DNA of 64,000 bases from an uncultured archaeon (lineage in GTDB: Archaea; EX4484-52; JAADEF01). Below the pieces are notes generated by a model. That model did no database searches, was not told the origin of the DNA, and saw nothing but the letters and a program-made list of their open reading frames with translations. The position numbers and the translations under genes were made by a program. Position 1 is the stretch's first letter, and each line of letters starts with the position of its first letter. The DNA is taken from contig CAYOWP010000003.1 in NCBI GenBank assembly GCA_964407715.1, positions 28,316 to 92,315 of the forward strand, read 5' to 3'. This document shows, piece by piece, positions 50,320 through 60,218 of this stretch.

Positions 50320-51564
50320 TCATCTTTTTTTGATAATTAAACCATAATGCAACTCTTTGAGCGGATATGGAGCTATTCTAACCTTTACATTTTTTTCTCC
50401 AGGATGGGCTATAGTTTGAGTTTTATTTTTTCTAAGAATCTCCATAATTTTTCCACGATACTCATCTTTCGGGGTAATAATTTCTACATTATCACCTACA
50501 GAGATTTGATTCTTAATATCACAAATCATGATCCCTTCTTCTTTATTATATTCCTTTATTTTCCCAACATATAAATGAGTTTGTTGTGAAGATGTTGTGT
50601 TATAATTCTGAAGTTCTTTTTCACAAGTAGTTATGGGCATGTCTATAAAAGATGTTATGAATCCTCTATTAGATGCCTTTTTCAATTCCTCTAAAAGCTC
50701 TAAATATGGTATCTCCTTTCCTTCCTTTAACAAATCCAATGCCTTCCTATAAACCTTCGTAACAAGTGAAACATAATATTCTGTTTTATTTCTTCCTTCT
50801 ATCTTAAAAGATACAATACCGGCATCTGCCAATTCCTTTATATGCTCTATCAAACATAAATCCTTAGAGTTTAAGATATATGTGCCATGTTCATCTTCCT
50901 CCATAGGTAAAACCACTCCCGTCTCTATCTCTTCCAAATATACTCTATACTTCCATCTGCATGGCTGTGAGCATACGCCGAGGTTTGGATTTCGTTTGGA
51001 TAAATATGCTGAAAGCAAACATCTCCCAGAGTATGCCACGCATATACTTCCATGAACAAAAAATTCCAATTCCAAATTAGGCACATAGTTATGAATTTCC
51101 TTAATCTCCTCAATACTTAACTCGCGAGCAAGAATTATGCGTTTTACCCCTTGTTTATACCAATATTTTGCAGCAAATTTATTGGTCACATTAGCTTGGA
51201 CAGAGAGATGTATTGGAATGTCAAAGTTATCTTTGACTATCATGAAGATACCTGGATCAGAGATTATAAATGCATCTGGTTCATAAGAGTATAGGATATC
51301 CAACTTTTCCAAGAGTTGATGCTCATCATATCCACGCGGATATATATTAGCGGTGATATATACTTTGTTGTTCCTATCATGCGCATATTTGATTGCCTTT
51401 CCAATGTTTTCCAATGTGAACTCGTTCTCTCTAGCTCTCAAAGATAGTGATTTGATACCTAAATAAACAGCATCAGAGCCATATGCTATTGCATATCTCA
51501 TTTTCTCAAAATTTCCTGCTGGGCTCAAAAGCTCAAGATTCTCATACATAAATAAAGAAATCAT
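50320..51564 (-). CDS. U32 peptidase-family protein, TrhP/YegQ-like (tRNA hydroxylation)
   Basis: ELLSPAG, HLSVQAN, LARELS, HGSICVAYSGRCLLS...N.G.C.QPCRW, KIEGR. Confidence 0.88.
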   Translation of the reverse strand: MISLFMYENLELLSPAGNFEKMRYAIAYGSDAVYLGIKSLSLRARENEFTLENIGKAIKYAHDRNNKVYITANIYPRGYDEHQLLEKLDILYSYEPDAFIISDPGIFMIVKDNFDIPIHLSVQANVTNKFAAKYWYKQGVKRIILARELSIEEIKEIHNYVPNLELEFFVHGSICVAYSGRCLLSAYLSKRNPNLGVCSQPCRWKYRVYLEEIETGVVLPMEEDEHGTYILNSKDLCLIEHIKELADAGIVSFKIEGRNKTEYYVSLVTKVYRKALDLLKEGKEIPYLELLEELKKASNRGFITSFIDMPITTCEKELQNYNTTSSQQTHLYVGKIKEYNKEEGIMICDIKNQISVGDNVEIITPKDEYRGKIMEILRKNKTQTIAHPGEKNVKVRIAPYPLKELHYGLIIKKR

Positions 51565-51603
51565 TTGTCATTTTTAAAATGTTCTATTAAAGCATGCTCC
51601 ATT

Positions 51604-51760
51604 GGCATTGTCCAATAATTTTTGATGAGGATTTGTTAACGAGAAAATTCGTTCTTACGATTGCATTAGCTCTACAAGGTTTGCTGCTCTAATGGGCTTC
51701 TTTAAAAGATTACTTTTCCGCTTAACAAAATTTGTTAATAGAGAATTATTGGACAATGCA
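51604..51760 (+). mobile_element. MITE-like element copy M7 (short form)
   Basis: TIRs; flanks tgCTCCATT / caCTCCATT (7/9). Confidence 0.85.
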
Positions 51761-51808
51761 CACTCCATTCAATAAACATTTAAAAACATTAATGGCATTT
51801 AATATATT

Positions 51809-52180
51809 ATGCGAGAGATCGTGGAATACTTAAAAAAAGAATTAAAAGATAATTTAATTGCGATTATCCAATTTGGATCAAGCATCAATAGTGACAAATA
51901 TGAAGATATAGATTTAATGATTGTAACTGAAAAACCTGTAGAAATAAAATTCCCTGATAAATTAATTAAGAAGTACAGAGTATCTCCGTTATTTCTTACA
52001 AAAAAGGATTTTGCTATAAATTGCATAGAAAAATCTCCATTATTTGTAGGGATGCTCTTAAGTGGTTTCAAAATTCATTATGGAACTAATTTCGTATATA
52101 AATGGTTACCTGCTTTAATTAACAGAATGAATAGATATGACGTTTTATATCATAAACATGGGGTGAAAAGATGGACATAG
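51809..52180 (+). CDS. Minimal nucleotidyltransferase (MNT) antitoxin
   Basis: FGS...DID motif; paired with HEPN. Confidence 0.85.
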   Translation: MREIVEYLKKELKDNLIAIIQFGSSINSDKYEDIDLMIVTEKPVEIKFPDKLIKKYRVSPLFLTKKDFAINCIEKSPLFVGMLLSGFKIHYGTNFVYKWLPALINRMNRYDVLYHKHGVKRWT

Positions 52181-52593
52181 AGTTTGCTAAGACATTTATG
52201 AAAAAATCTGCAGAAGATTTAGAAAGTGCAAAAATACTTTATGAAAAAGGCATATATAGCAATGCCTTATACTTCGCACAACAAGCAGCGGAAAAAGCAG
52301 CAAAAGCATTATTGATACTCTACGGAAAATATGTTCCGGAGCATTTAATCAGTGATGTGGTGATGAGTTTAATTAATGAAGTAAGCGAAGAATTAGAAAA
52401 AAAGATAGAGAGAATAGCAGAGATATTATTTAGATTGGAAAAATATTGGTTAAAGTCCAGATACCCTTTAAAAAAAGGAAATAAGATATGGGATCCTACC
52501 AAAGAATATTCAAAAAAAGAAGTTTCTGAATCCATAAAGATGGCAAAAGAAGTGATATCTACAGTAGAGAGTATAATTAGTGATGTGGAGTGA
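52171..52593 (+). CDS. HEPN domain protein (toxin partner)
   Basis: EDLE.A..L...Y..A.Y.AQQAAEKAAKA, H, SRYP. Confidence 0.9.
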   Translation: MDIEFAKTFMKKSAEDLESAKILYEKGIYSNALYFAQQAAEKAAKALLILYGKYVPEHLISDVVMSLINEVSEELEKKIERIAEILFRLEKYWLKSRYPLKKGNKIWDPTKEYSKKEVSESIKMAKEVISTVESIISDVE

Positions 52594-52620
52594 AAAAATA
52601 TCCTCTATTACCTCCTAAAT

Positions 52621-53706
52621 CTAACTAATCAAAACCTCCTCATACACCTTCTCCAAATCCTTAGAAACCTTTTTAATATCGAATTTGTTGAGATGTTCTT
52701 CTATGTTTTTATAAACTACTCTCTGATATTTCTCGAGGTTGTGGATGATATCATAAAGAGATCTGGCAAAGCACATATAATCTCTTTTATCACAGAACAC
52801 TCCATGCTTGCCAATAACCTCATCTAAAGGTTTAATATTTGAGGTGAGAATAACTATTTTTCTTGTAGATAGAGCCTCTATAAAAACTAAACCAAATCCC
52901 TCATATTGAGTTGGCAAGAAAAGAATATCCATTTTCCCATATTCCTCATAAATATTACTAACAAACCCTTTGAGATTGATTTTTATTCCTTTCTCTTCGA
53001 GGTTTGGAGCTACTTTTGCTATCATCTCATGATAAGGCCCATCACCATACACATTTACAATAACTTTCTTGCGTGGTTTTTTCATCTCAATTAAAGTTCT
53101 TAGAAATACATCAACACCTTTCTGATGAACTAATCTACCTACAAAACCGATCACAACCTCTTTCTTCTTATGTCTCTTTTTGCCTTTCACAACATAAGAG
53201 AAATCCAATCCATAATATACTACAACAACCTTTTTACTTTTAAATCCCAAGGTATTAAGAATATAATTTCTGACATGATGTGTTATTGCTATTATTCTAT
53301 CAACAAAAGGATACAAAATATATTTATGAAAAATAATATCCACAAGCCAATTAAGAAAATCACTTTTTCTAAATGCCCAAAAATCTACATCTCTATTCAC
53401 CACAACCTTTGCCCTAAAAAGAAGTTTCAAAAGAAGAGCAAAAAATTCTGCTTTATACAATGTAGCATGCACAATATCTGGTTTGAACAGATTGTAGTAT
53501 GCTATAATTTTTGCAAAACCTCTCAATGAAAAAGAAGATTTAATCACTTTAATTCCTTTATTTTCCAATTCCTCTTTGGAATTATCAGTTCCTGCAAGAT
53601 ATATCAGAGTAATTTTATGTGATGAAGAAAGATTCTTTAGATACTCTCTTATACTTGCCTCTGCGCCTCCCCCCTCTAAAAATGTTGATAATCTTAGAAT
53701 CCTCAT
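52621..53706 (-). CDS. Glycosyltransferase family 4
   Basis: GGAE, VGRL..QKG, YEGFGLVFIEA. Confidence 0.92.
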   Translation of the reverse strand: MRILRLSTFLEGGGAEASIREYLKNLSSSHKITLIYLAGTDNSKEELENKGIKVIKSSFSLRGFAKIIAYYNLFKPDIVHATLYKAEFFALLLKLLFRAKVVVNRDVDFWAFRKSDFLNWLVDIIFHKYILYPFVDRIIAITHHVRNYILNTLGFKSKKVVVVYYGLDFSYVVKGKKRHKKKEVVIGFVGRLVHQKGVDVFLRTLIEMKKPRKKVIVNVYGDGPYHEMIAKVAPNLEEKGIKINLKGFVSNIYEEYGKMDILFLPTQYEGFGLVFIEALSTRKIVILTSNIKPLDEVIGKHGVFCDKRDYMCFARSLYDIIHNLEKYQRVVYKNIEEHLNKFDIKKVSKDLEKVYEEVLIS

Positions 53707-53717
53707 TAACTCAACCT

Positions 53718-54212
53718 CTAAATAAGTGTGCCTTCATATTTACATATCTCTCCTTTATCTTCTAGCGATTTAGAAAAATAAATCGATTTATCGAGACACT
53801 CTGAAATAATTGCGAAGCTTCTAAATTCATCACATGATGTCAAAGATAACTTTCCGCTACAATTTAAGCTAAACCACCTGCTCTCTCCAGGTTTCAATGA
53901 AACATGATCAGGAATAATGCACTCTCCAGAGGAAGTGTATATCTCAAATCTATTAATTGGATATCTCTGGCTTCCCTTATTTGTTACAAATACATTGACC
54001 ATCTCTGAGGATTTAACAATAATTAGTGTATCTAATTTAGCCATCACTTGCGAGCATGAAACAGTATCGCTGTATCTCTCATCCGTCTTTTCTTTTGATG
54101 AAGAAGAAAAGTGATTCGTCCAAGAAAGAAAGAAAACACCAATAATTACTACCAAAGTTATCATAATCACTTCTGCAACTACAGGAGATATAGCTCTTCT
54201 TAACCTTCTCAT
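53718..54212 (-). CDS. Archaeal type IV pilin
   Basis: Class III signal RRA-ISPVVAEVIMI. Confidence 0.88.
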   Translation of the reverse strand: MRRLRRAISPVVAEVIMITLVVIIGVFFLSWTNHFSSSSKEKTDERYSDTVSCSQVMAKLDTLIIVKSSEMVNVFVTNKGSQRYPINRFEIYTSSGECIIPDHVSLKPGESRWFSLNCSGKLSLTSCDEFRSFAIISECLDKSIYFSKSLEDKGEICKYEGTLI

Positions 54213-54278
54213 ATCAATCCCATTATAACAATATTAAAAAGAAAATTAAAAATAAAAACAATTAATCTCCCTTTATGC

Positions 54279-54755
54279 TTATTCTGAAGGATATTTATAT
54301 ACATCAGAGGAACCACAATCTGAGGCTACTCTAAGAGTGTATGCAGACTTATTCACAGATGTACATGTTGTTATAGGAGTAAACACTACCATTCCTCCTG
54401 CACTTACAGTTACTCCTGTAAATGATGTATTAGCATTGCATATATTTCCTGCATCATCATATAGAGTCACGGTAGTAATCCTTGCATCTGCACTTCCAAG
54501 ATTCTGTAAGAATACCGTAACATTTCCATCATTATCAATTTTTACATCCACAATATCTAAAATTTGTTTTGCACATTCCACTGTGGTAGAGGTATCAGTA
54601 CCCGCTTTCTCTGTTGTTCCCTTTGTATATTCTGTCATCCAATTCAATACCACTGCACCTATTGCTACTGTGAAAACGATCAATAACACTGCTGCAATTA
54701 ATGGAGATACTCCTTTTAACATTGACCTGTATTCCACTTTCATCACCTCTCTCAA
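54279..54755 (-). CDS. Archaeal type IV pilin, probable major pilin (likely start 54743 or 54722)
   Basis: KG-VSPLIAAVLLIVFTVAIG. Confidence 0.92.
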   Translation of the reverse strand: MREVMKVEYRSMLKGVSPLIAAVLLIVFTVAIGAVVLNWMTEYTKGTTEKAGTDTSTTVECAKQILDIVDVKIDNDGNVTVFLQNLGSADARITTVTLYDDAGNICNANTSFTGVTVSAGGMVVFTPITTCTSVNKSAYTLRVASDCGSSDVYKYPSE

Positions 54756-54798
54756 CTATTATAATAATTAATATATTCGTATCATATATATATAATTT

Positions 54799-56439
54799 AT
54801 GGTCATCCGTGGAGTTCTAAGAAGAAAAATAATAGAATTTAAAGAATACAAAGAAGCAATTCAAAAAGAAGTTGAATCATTTAGAATAGTGGATAACAAA
54901 CACATAAACATCTTAGAGAGTATTAAAGATACAAAAAAAGAAATAAAAAAGATAAATATCAAATATTCATTGATTCCTCCTTTCGCGTACGCTAACATAT
55001 ATTGGGACGAAAAAGAAAAGGATCTTATATATAGAGTAATAGAGCCTTCATTGGAAGGAAATGAAAAAGAAATCTATGAAAAAATAAAGGAGAATTTAAC
55101 TCATTATTTGGATATTGATATAAACAAACTGAAAACCAGAGAAGAGCAATTGAAATATCTAAAAGAGAAGGTTGTTAAATTAATGGAGGATTTAGGAATT
55201 CAACTAAAACCAGGACAATTCACAAGGATAATGTATTATATCTATAAAACCTTCATAGGTCTGGATAAAATAGAGCCTTTGATGCATGATCCTCTTATTG
55301 AGGATATTGGGTGTGATGGTATCGGAATTCCTCTTTATCTTACCCACAAAAAGTTTGGTAATCTAAAAACAAACATAGTATATGATGATGCATCTGAACT
55401 TGAGGAATTTATCATAAAATTAGCAGAAAAATGTGATAGATACATATCATATGCAGAACCTTTATTAGATGGTACACTTCCAGATGGATCAAGAGTCAAT
55501 GCCACACTTTCAAGTGATGTAACAACCCATGGGCCAACATTTTCTATAAGAAAATTCGTTAGGATTCCATATTCTGCTTTGGATTTATACCGTTTAAAAA
55601 CAGTATCTATAGAGGCATTGGCATATTTATGGTTTGTTATTGAACATAAGGTCAATATTCTAATTGCTGGAGGTACTGGAGCTGGTAAAACAACAATGCT
55701 CAATGCATTAGTTGGTTTTATACCTCCAGAAGATAAAATTATCTCTATAGAGGATACAAGAGAGCTCAGATTACCTCATGAAAACTGGATTCCAGCAGTG
55801 GTTAGAACAGGATTTGGAATAGAATCAAAAACAGGAGAAAAGTATGGTGAAATTACAATGTTTGATCTCCTGAAGGAAAGTTTCAGGCAGAATCCAGATT
55901 ATGTGATAGTAGGAGAGGTTAGAGGTAAAGAAGCATCTGTGTTATTCCAAGGTATGGCATCTGGACATCCATCCATAGGAACTATTCACGGTGGAAGTAT
56001 AGATGATATCATCAAAAGAATAGAAACGCCTCCTATTAGCTTACCACCAGAGCTAATAGAATCTCTTGATTTGATACTTATTATGAGTCATGCATTGCAA
56101 TTTGGTAAAAGTTTTAGAAGATTGAAGAAAGCATCTGAATTAATCGATATAGATAGAGCCACAGGAAGAGCACATGTAAATGATGTGTTTGAATGGGATC
56201 CTGCGAAAGATGAAATAATAAAAAGAAATAGTTATCTACTACAAAAGATAAGTAGTGAATATGGTTTACCATTATATGAGATAGAAAAGGAAATCCATCA
56301 AAGAGAGGAATACCTTAAGTGGTTAGACAAAAATAATATAACTAATTTCTTTGAGTTCTCAAAATATATAAGCTTATATCATAAAGATAAAGAAAGTGCA
56401 CTTGAGCTGATAAAAGAAGGGAAACTCCTGTCATCTTAG
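54799..56439 (+). CDS. Type IV pilus assembly ATPase (TadA/FlaI/VirB11 family)
   Basis: LPDGSR, GGTGAGKTT, IEDTRE, RQNPD..IVGEVRG, GH...TIH. Confidence 0.95.
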   Translation: MVIRGVLRRKIIEFKEYKEAIQKEVESFRIVDNKHINILESIKDTKKEIKKINIKYSLIPPFAYANIYWDEKEKDLIYRVIEPSLEGNEKEIYEKIKENLTHYLDIDINKLKTREEQLKYLKEKVVKLMEDLGIQLKPGQFTRIMYYIYKTFIGLDKIEPLMHDPLIEDIGCDGIGIPLYLTHKKFGNLKTNIVYDDASELEEFIIKLAEKCDRYISYAEPLLDGTLPDGSRVNATLSSDVTTHGPTFSIRKFVRIPYSALDLYRLKTVSIEALAYLWFVIEHKVNILIAGGTGAGKTTMLNALVGFIPPEDKIISIEDTRELRLPHENWIPAVVRTGFGIESKTGEKYGEITMFDLLKESFRQNPDYVIVGEVRGKEASVLFQGMASGHPSIGTIHGGSIDDIIKRIETPPISLPPELIESLDLILIMSHALQFGKSFRRLKKASELIDIDRATGRAHVNDVFEWDPAKDEIIKRNSYLLQKISSEYGLPLYEIEKEIHQREEYLKWLDKNNITNFFEFSKYISLYHKDKESALELIKEGKLLSS

Positions 56440-56460
56440 ATCCAAATAGAGAGGTGGAAT

Positions 56461-57483
56461 ATGTTAAAAGAGGAATTTAATGAAAACAATAACTTTTCAG
56501 AAAATGATGTGATTAAATTATTACAAAAGAAAAATTTGATATCTCCCAAAAGGAAAATGAAAACTGCTGAGGATAATATCTTCTATAAGATTATGCTTGT
56601 AATGAGAGCTTCATCATTGAAGCCACTCGCAATAAATGTATTCTATAAATTCACGAAGATTTATCCTCCTTTTTTTGAGCCATTAAGAAATGCCATCATA
56701 AAAAGCGGATTAGAAATAGATCCACAACTCTATATTGGATCCTTATTTATGATATCCACATTTACCTCTACAATCTTAATGGGTATCCTTATGGGATTGT
56801 ATGCTGCAAGAGAATTCAATATTATAATCTTAGTTTCTGGTATAATGCTATCCCTTATCTTCCCTATCATAATAATTGTTACTGCAGGTTATGTTTATCC
56901 TTTTTATCTTGTAAATAAAAGAGAAAAAAGCATAAAAAACAATATTCCTTTCATGCTGAACCATCTATATGCTATCTCCTATGCCTCATTATCTATCGAA
57001 AGAGCATTTAGAATGCTTATAGAAATGGGAGAATATGGTGAGCTTAATAAAGAAATTGAGAAGATACTTAAAAGGATTGATGTATTTGGCGATGATGCAA
57101 TAAAGGCTATAAGATATGTAGCATCCAATACTCCTTCTGAGGATTTAAAATCTGTCTTATTTGGTATATTATCCATCATAGAAAGTGGTGGGAATCTAAG
57201 AGAATATTTAGCAGAAAAAAGTCAATATGCTTTATTTACATATAGTTTAGAAAGGAAGAAATATCTTGAAGCTTTATCGACTTATGCAGATATTTACACG
57301 GCTATCTTAATAGCAGCTCCATTATTCCTAGTTGCAATTCTTGCTGTAATTAATGTAATTCCAGAAAGTAAAATTCTTGGAATGGAGCCTATAACCCTTA
57401 TGAAAGTTGGAACTTATGTTTTGATACCAATAGTTAACCTTATATTTTTAGGATTTTTAACACTAACCCAACCAGAAATATAA
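56461..57483 (+). CDS. Type II secretion F (TadC/FlaJ-like) platform protein
   Basis: YGEL..E...I...I..FG.D, TPS, SGGNL. Confidence 0.9.
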   Translation: MLKEEFNENNNFSENDVIKLLQKKNLISPKRKMKTAEDNIFYKIMLVMRASSLKPLAINVFYKFTKIYPPFFEPLRNAIIKSGLEIDPQLYIGSLFMISTFTSTILMGILMGLYAAREFNIIILVSGIMLSLIFPIIIIVTAGYVYPFYLVNKREKSIKNNIPFMLNHLYAISYASLSIERAFRMLIEMGEYGELNKEIEKILKRIDVFGDDAIKAIRYVASNTPSEDLKSVLFGILSIIESGGNLREYLAEKSQYALFTYSLERKKYLEALSTYADIYTAILIAAPLFLVAILAVINVIPESKILGMEPITLMKVGTYVLIPIVNLIFLGFLTLTQPEI

Positions 57484-57517
57484 TAAGCCATAAAATATTA
57501 ATGGTTGCGTGATATAA

Positions 57518-58408
57518 ATGGAAAGAACTGTAAGAGAGGAAATAGAATATTTAAAAAAGAGAGAAAGTTTTTATGAAAAAATAAAGGAGATAGACTGGAA
57601 TTTTATATCTATTGTCACGGCATCAACTTTCTCAGCAGCATTTTTAATATCTATAAATATATTTTACATAAGGAATTTAGAAATACCAGGTAAAGTGTTT
57701 TTCTCAAATGTTATAAATATAATTGCATTGACTTTATTCTTAATTCCGCCAACCATATATAGATATACCAAGTATTTGAATATGAAAGAAATTGAGGAAA
57801 AATTCCCATTATTTATGAGAAATGTAGTTGAGGGATTAAGGAGTGGAATGGATTTGCAAAAGGCATTTATTTATGCTGCACGAAGTAATTATGGAGCACT
57901 TGATCCATATATAAAGAAACTTACTTATGAATTATCATGGGGAATCTCTTTTAATAGAGCAATTCTTAATTTCGCTAAAAGAATAAAAAATCCTCTAATA
58001 ACAAGAGTGATAGCAACAATTCTTGAGGCATATAGATCAGGAGGAAATTTGGCAGATGTTATGGAAGCTGTAACAAGATCAACTTTTGAAATTGAAAAAA
58101 TAAAAAAAGAAAGAAGTGCAAGTATACATGGACAAATGGTCCAAGGATATGTAATCTTCATAATTTTCTTAGGTGTAATGGTTGGATTAACACGATTTCT
58201 TATACCGGCTATCTCACAGTCCTCCCCAGAAGGTATAGTGATAAATGCAGAAGAATATAAAAGGATATTTATGCATTTAGCAACGATTCAAGGCATATTT
58301 GCTGGATTAGCTATAGGTAAATTGGCAGAAGGTAGAATCTCTGCAGGTTCAAGACATGCTATAATTCTATCCTTAATTGCATATAGCGTCATGAGCATAT
58401 GCGCATAA
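57518..58408 (+). CDS. Type II secretion F (TadB/TadC-like) platform protein
   Basis: FP.F.R...E..RSG, SWG, SGG....V, IQGIFAGL.IG. Confidence 0.9.
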   Translation: MERTVREEIEYLKKRESFYEKIKEIDWNFISIVTASTFSAAFLISINIFYIRNLEIPGKVFFSNVINIIALTLFLIPPTIYRYTKYLNMKEIEEKFPLFMRNVVEGLRSGMDLQKAFIYAARSNYGALDPYIKKLTYELSWGISFNRAILNFAKRIKNPLITRVIATILEAYRSGGNLADVMEAVTRSTFEIEKIKKERSASIHGQMVQGYVIFIIFLGVMVGLTRFLIPAISQSSPEGIVINAEEYKRIFMHLATIQGIFAGLAIGKLAEGRISAGSRHAIILSLIAYSVMSICA

Positions 58409-58412
58409 CAAA

Positions 58413-58769
58413 TTAGTTTTCATCAATCAAAGAAAAAATGCTCATTAAAACAACTGCTATACTTGTTGTTGAAATCAAATAGAGATATAACAAGCTGAAT
58501 ATCGTGCTGGTAATATTTGCTAATGATAGCACAAGAGATATTGCATTCATACTTAAGATTATAGATAAATATTTAATAATAATCCATTTTAATTCATGTG
58601 CATATATTATATTTATCACTGCAACTATTATTCCCAATATAAGCGAGCCTATAAAAGCCCATATATTGTTTATCTTAAACAAAGCCAACAAAAAAGAAAT
58701 TACGATGGCAATAGCATATATCCAAAAAGGTATAGAAACATTTCTATCCTCTTTCTTTCTCTCTCTCAT
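58413..58769 (-). CDS. Small 4-TM membrane protein
   Basis: Four hydrophobic segments. Confidence 0.55.
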   Translation of the reverse strand: MRERKKEDRNVSIPFWIYAIAIVISFLLALFKINNIWAFIGSLILGIIVAVINIIYAHELKWIIIKYLSIILSMNAISLVLSLANITSTIFSLLYLYLISTTSIAVVLMSIFSLIDEN

Positions 58770-58827
58770 ATTTTAGATTATAAATAAAATGAATTTTTTA
58801 AATTTTTCGGTATAATCTTGTAATCAG

Positions 58828-59125
58828 AGCATTGTCCAATAATTCTCTATTTGTTAAGCTGTTAAGCGGAAACGTAAACTCTCACAGAAGCGCATGAGAG
58901 CAGTTAACCCTTCATAGCGATTATGAAGCAAGTAACCTTTCAACCATGTTAACCTACTCCAAAACCTTTTGAATAGGGCTATGCCTCCCGTTAACAAATT
59001 GTCCAATAATTTTTTGATGAGGATGTGTTAACAAGAAAATTTATTCTTATAATCGCATTAGCTCTACAAAGTTTGCTGCTCTGATGCGCTTCTTTAAGAG
59101 GTTACTTTTCCGCTTAACAAAATTT
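58828..59125 (+). mobile_element. MITE-like element copy M8, right TIR missing
   Basis: AGCATTGTCCAATAATTCTCTATTTGTTAAGC left end, TGTTAAGC tandem duplication, both internal modules present. Confidence 0.8.
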
Positions 59126-59160
59126 TATTGATAATCAAAAATCATGTAAACTTTTTGGAA

Positions 59161-59710
59161 AAGTTACATCAGAACAGCTAACCTTTTTTTAGGAAGTTAC
59201 CTCACCGTGAAGCCTTTGTGAGAAGCGATTTCCTCTCGTTAACCAAAATTTTTATTTTTTGAATTGGTTAACGGGCAGCATACCCAATGAATAAGCCATA
59301 GCAAAGCAGCTAACCCTCACGATAGCGTTTGTAAAGCAGCTAACCCATTGCAAAGGTTACCATGCTGCAATGTGCTTTGGAGAGCGATTTCCTACCGTTA
59401 ACCAGTTTTTATTATTGGTTAAGGGGAAGCATACCATCTCAAAGCACATATTACAGCAGCTAGCCTCTCTGAGGGGTTACCATGCTGCAATGTGGTTGTG
59501 AAAGCGATATGTTCCCGTTAACCATATTTTTAAAATAAAAAATGGTTAAGGGGAAGCATACCTCTTTCATTCAGCGTATCATAGCAGCTAACCTCTCTGA
59601 GGGGTTACCATGCTGCAATGTGCTTTGTGTTAGCGATTTTCTCCTGTTAACCAGTTTTTATTATTGGTTAAGTTAAAGCATATCCATATAAGAAAGCATC
59701 TCGAAGGAGT
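59161..59710 (+). repeat. Tandem array of hairpin modules (3 complete, 2 partial)
   Basis: Units near 59266, 59417 and 59543 with degenerate edge units. Confidence 0.92.
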
Positions 59711-59800
59711 CAAACCTTATACCTATTCACACCAAAAATTCCCCCAAATAAATTAATTTTTTAAAATCATTATTATCTTTAATTTTTTTAAGGTGAAATT

Positions 59801-60052
59801 ATGCCTACTAAATTGAAATCGGCAGCAAGGTTTGGGGCGAGATATGGATTAAAAATAAAAAGAGAGGTAGCAAAAATAGAAAAACTTTCAAGGGCAAAAC
59901 ATGAATGTCCAAACTGCTTTAAAAAATCATTAAAAAGAGAAGCTGCAGGAATATGGGTATGCAAATCATGCGGATATAAAATGGCTGGTGGAGCATATCA
60001 GCCGTTTACTGATGCATCAAAAATTATGGAAAGAATATTCAAGAACATTTAA
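59801..60052 (+). CDS. rpl37ae: 50S ribosomal protein eL43 (L37Ae)
   Basis: RFGARYG, CPNC, R.AAGIW.CKSC, AGGAY.P. Confidence 0.96.
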   Translation: MPTKLKSAARFGARYGLKIKREVAKIEKLSRAKHECPNCFKKSLKREAAGIWVCKSCGYKMAGGAYQPFTDASKIMERIFKNI

Positions 60053-60070
60053 TGCGAGGTGATAAAAGAT

Positions 60071-60211
60071 ATGGCGTTATATGTCTGTTTTCATTGCAGA
60101 ACCGAGATAGATATCAAAGATGTAAATCAAAATATTGTATGCCCAAAATGTTCTGGAAGAATATTCTTTAAGCAACCTCCATCAGTAAGAAGAAGAATAA
60201 AAGCAGAATAA
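60071..60211 (+). CDS. rpoP: RNA polymerase subunit Rpo12 (P)
   Basis: Manual translation MALYVCFHC...IVCPKCSGRIFFKQPPSVRRRIKAE (46 aa, too short for the ORF track); RBS GAGGTGA; conserved position after L37Ae. Confidence 0.93.
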   Translation: MALYVCFHCRTEIDIKDVNQNIVCPKCSGRIFFKQPPSVRRRIKAE

Positions 60212-60218
60212 CAAAAAT

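Noticed and set aside
53718-58408. Archaellum locus
   Set aside because: No FlaH/F/G genes, and two separate TadB/C-type genes indicate an adhesive type IV pilus
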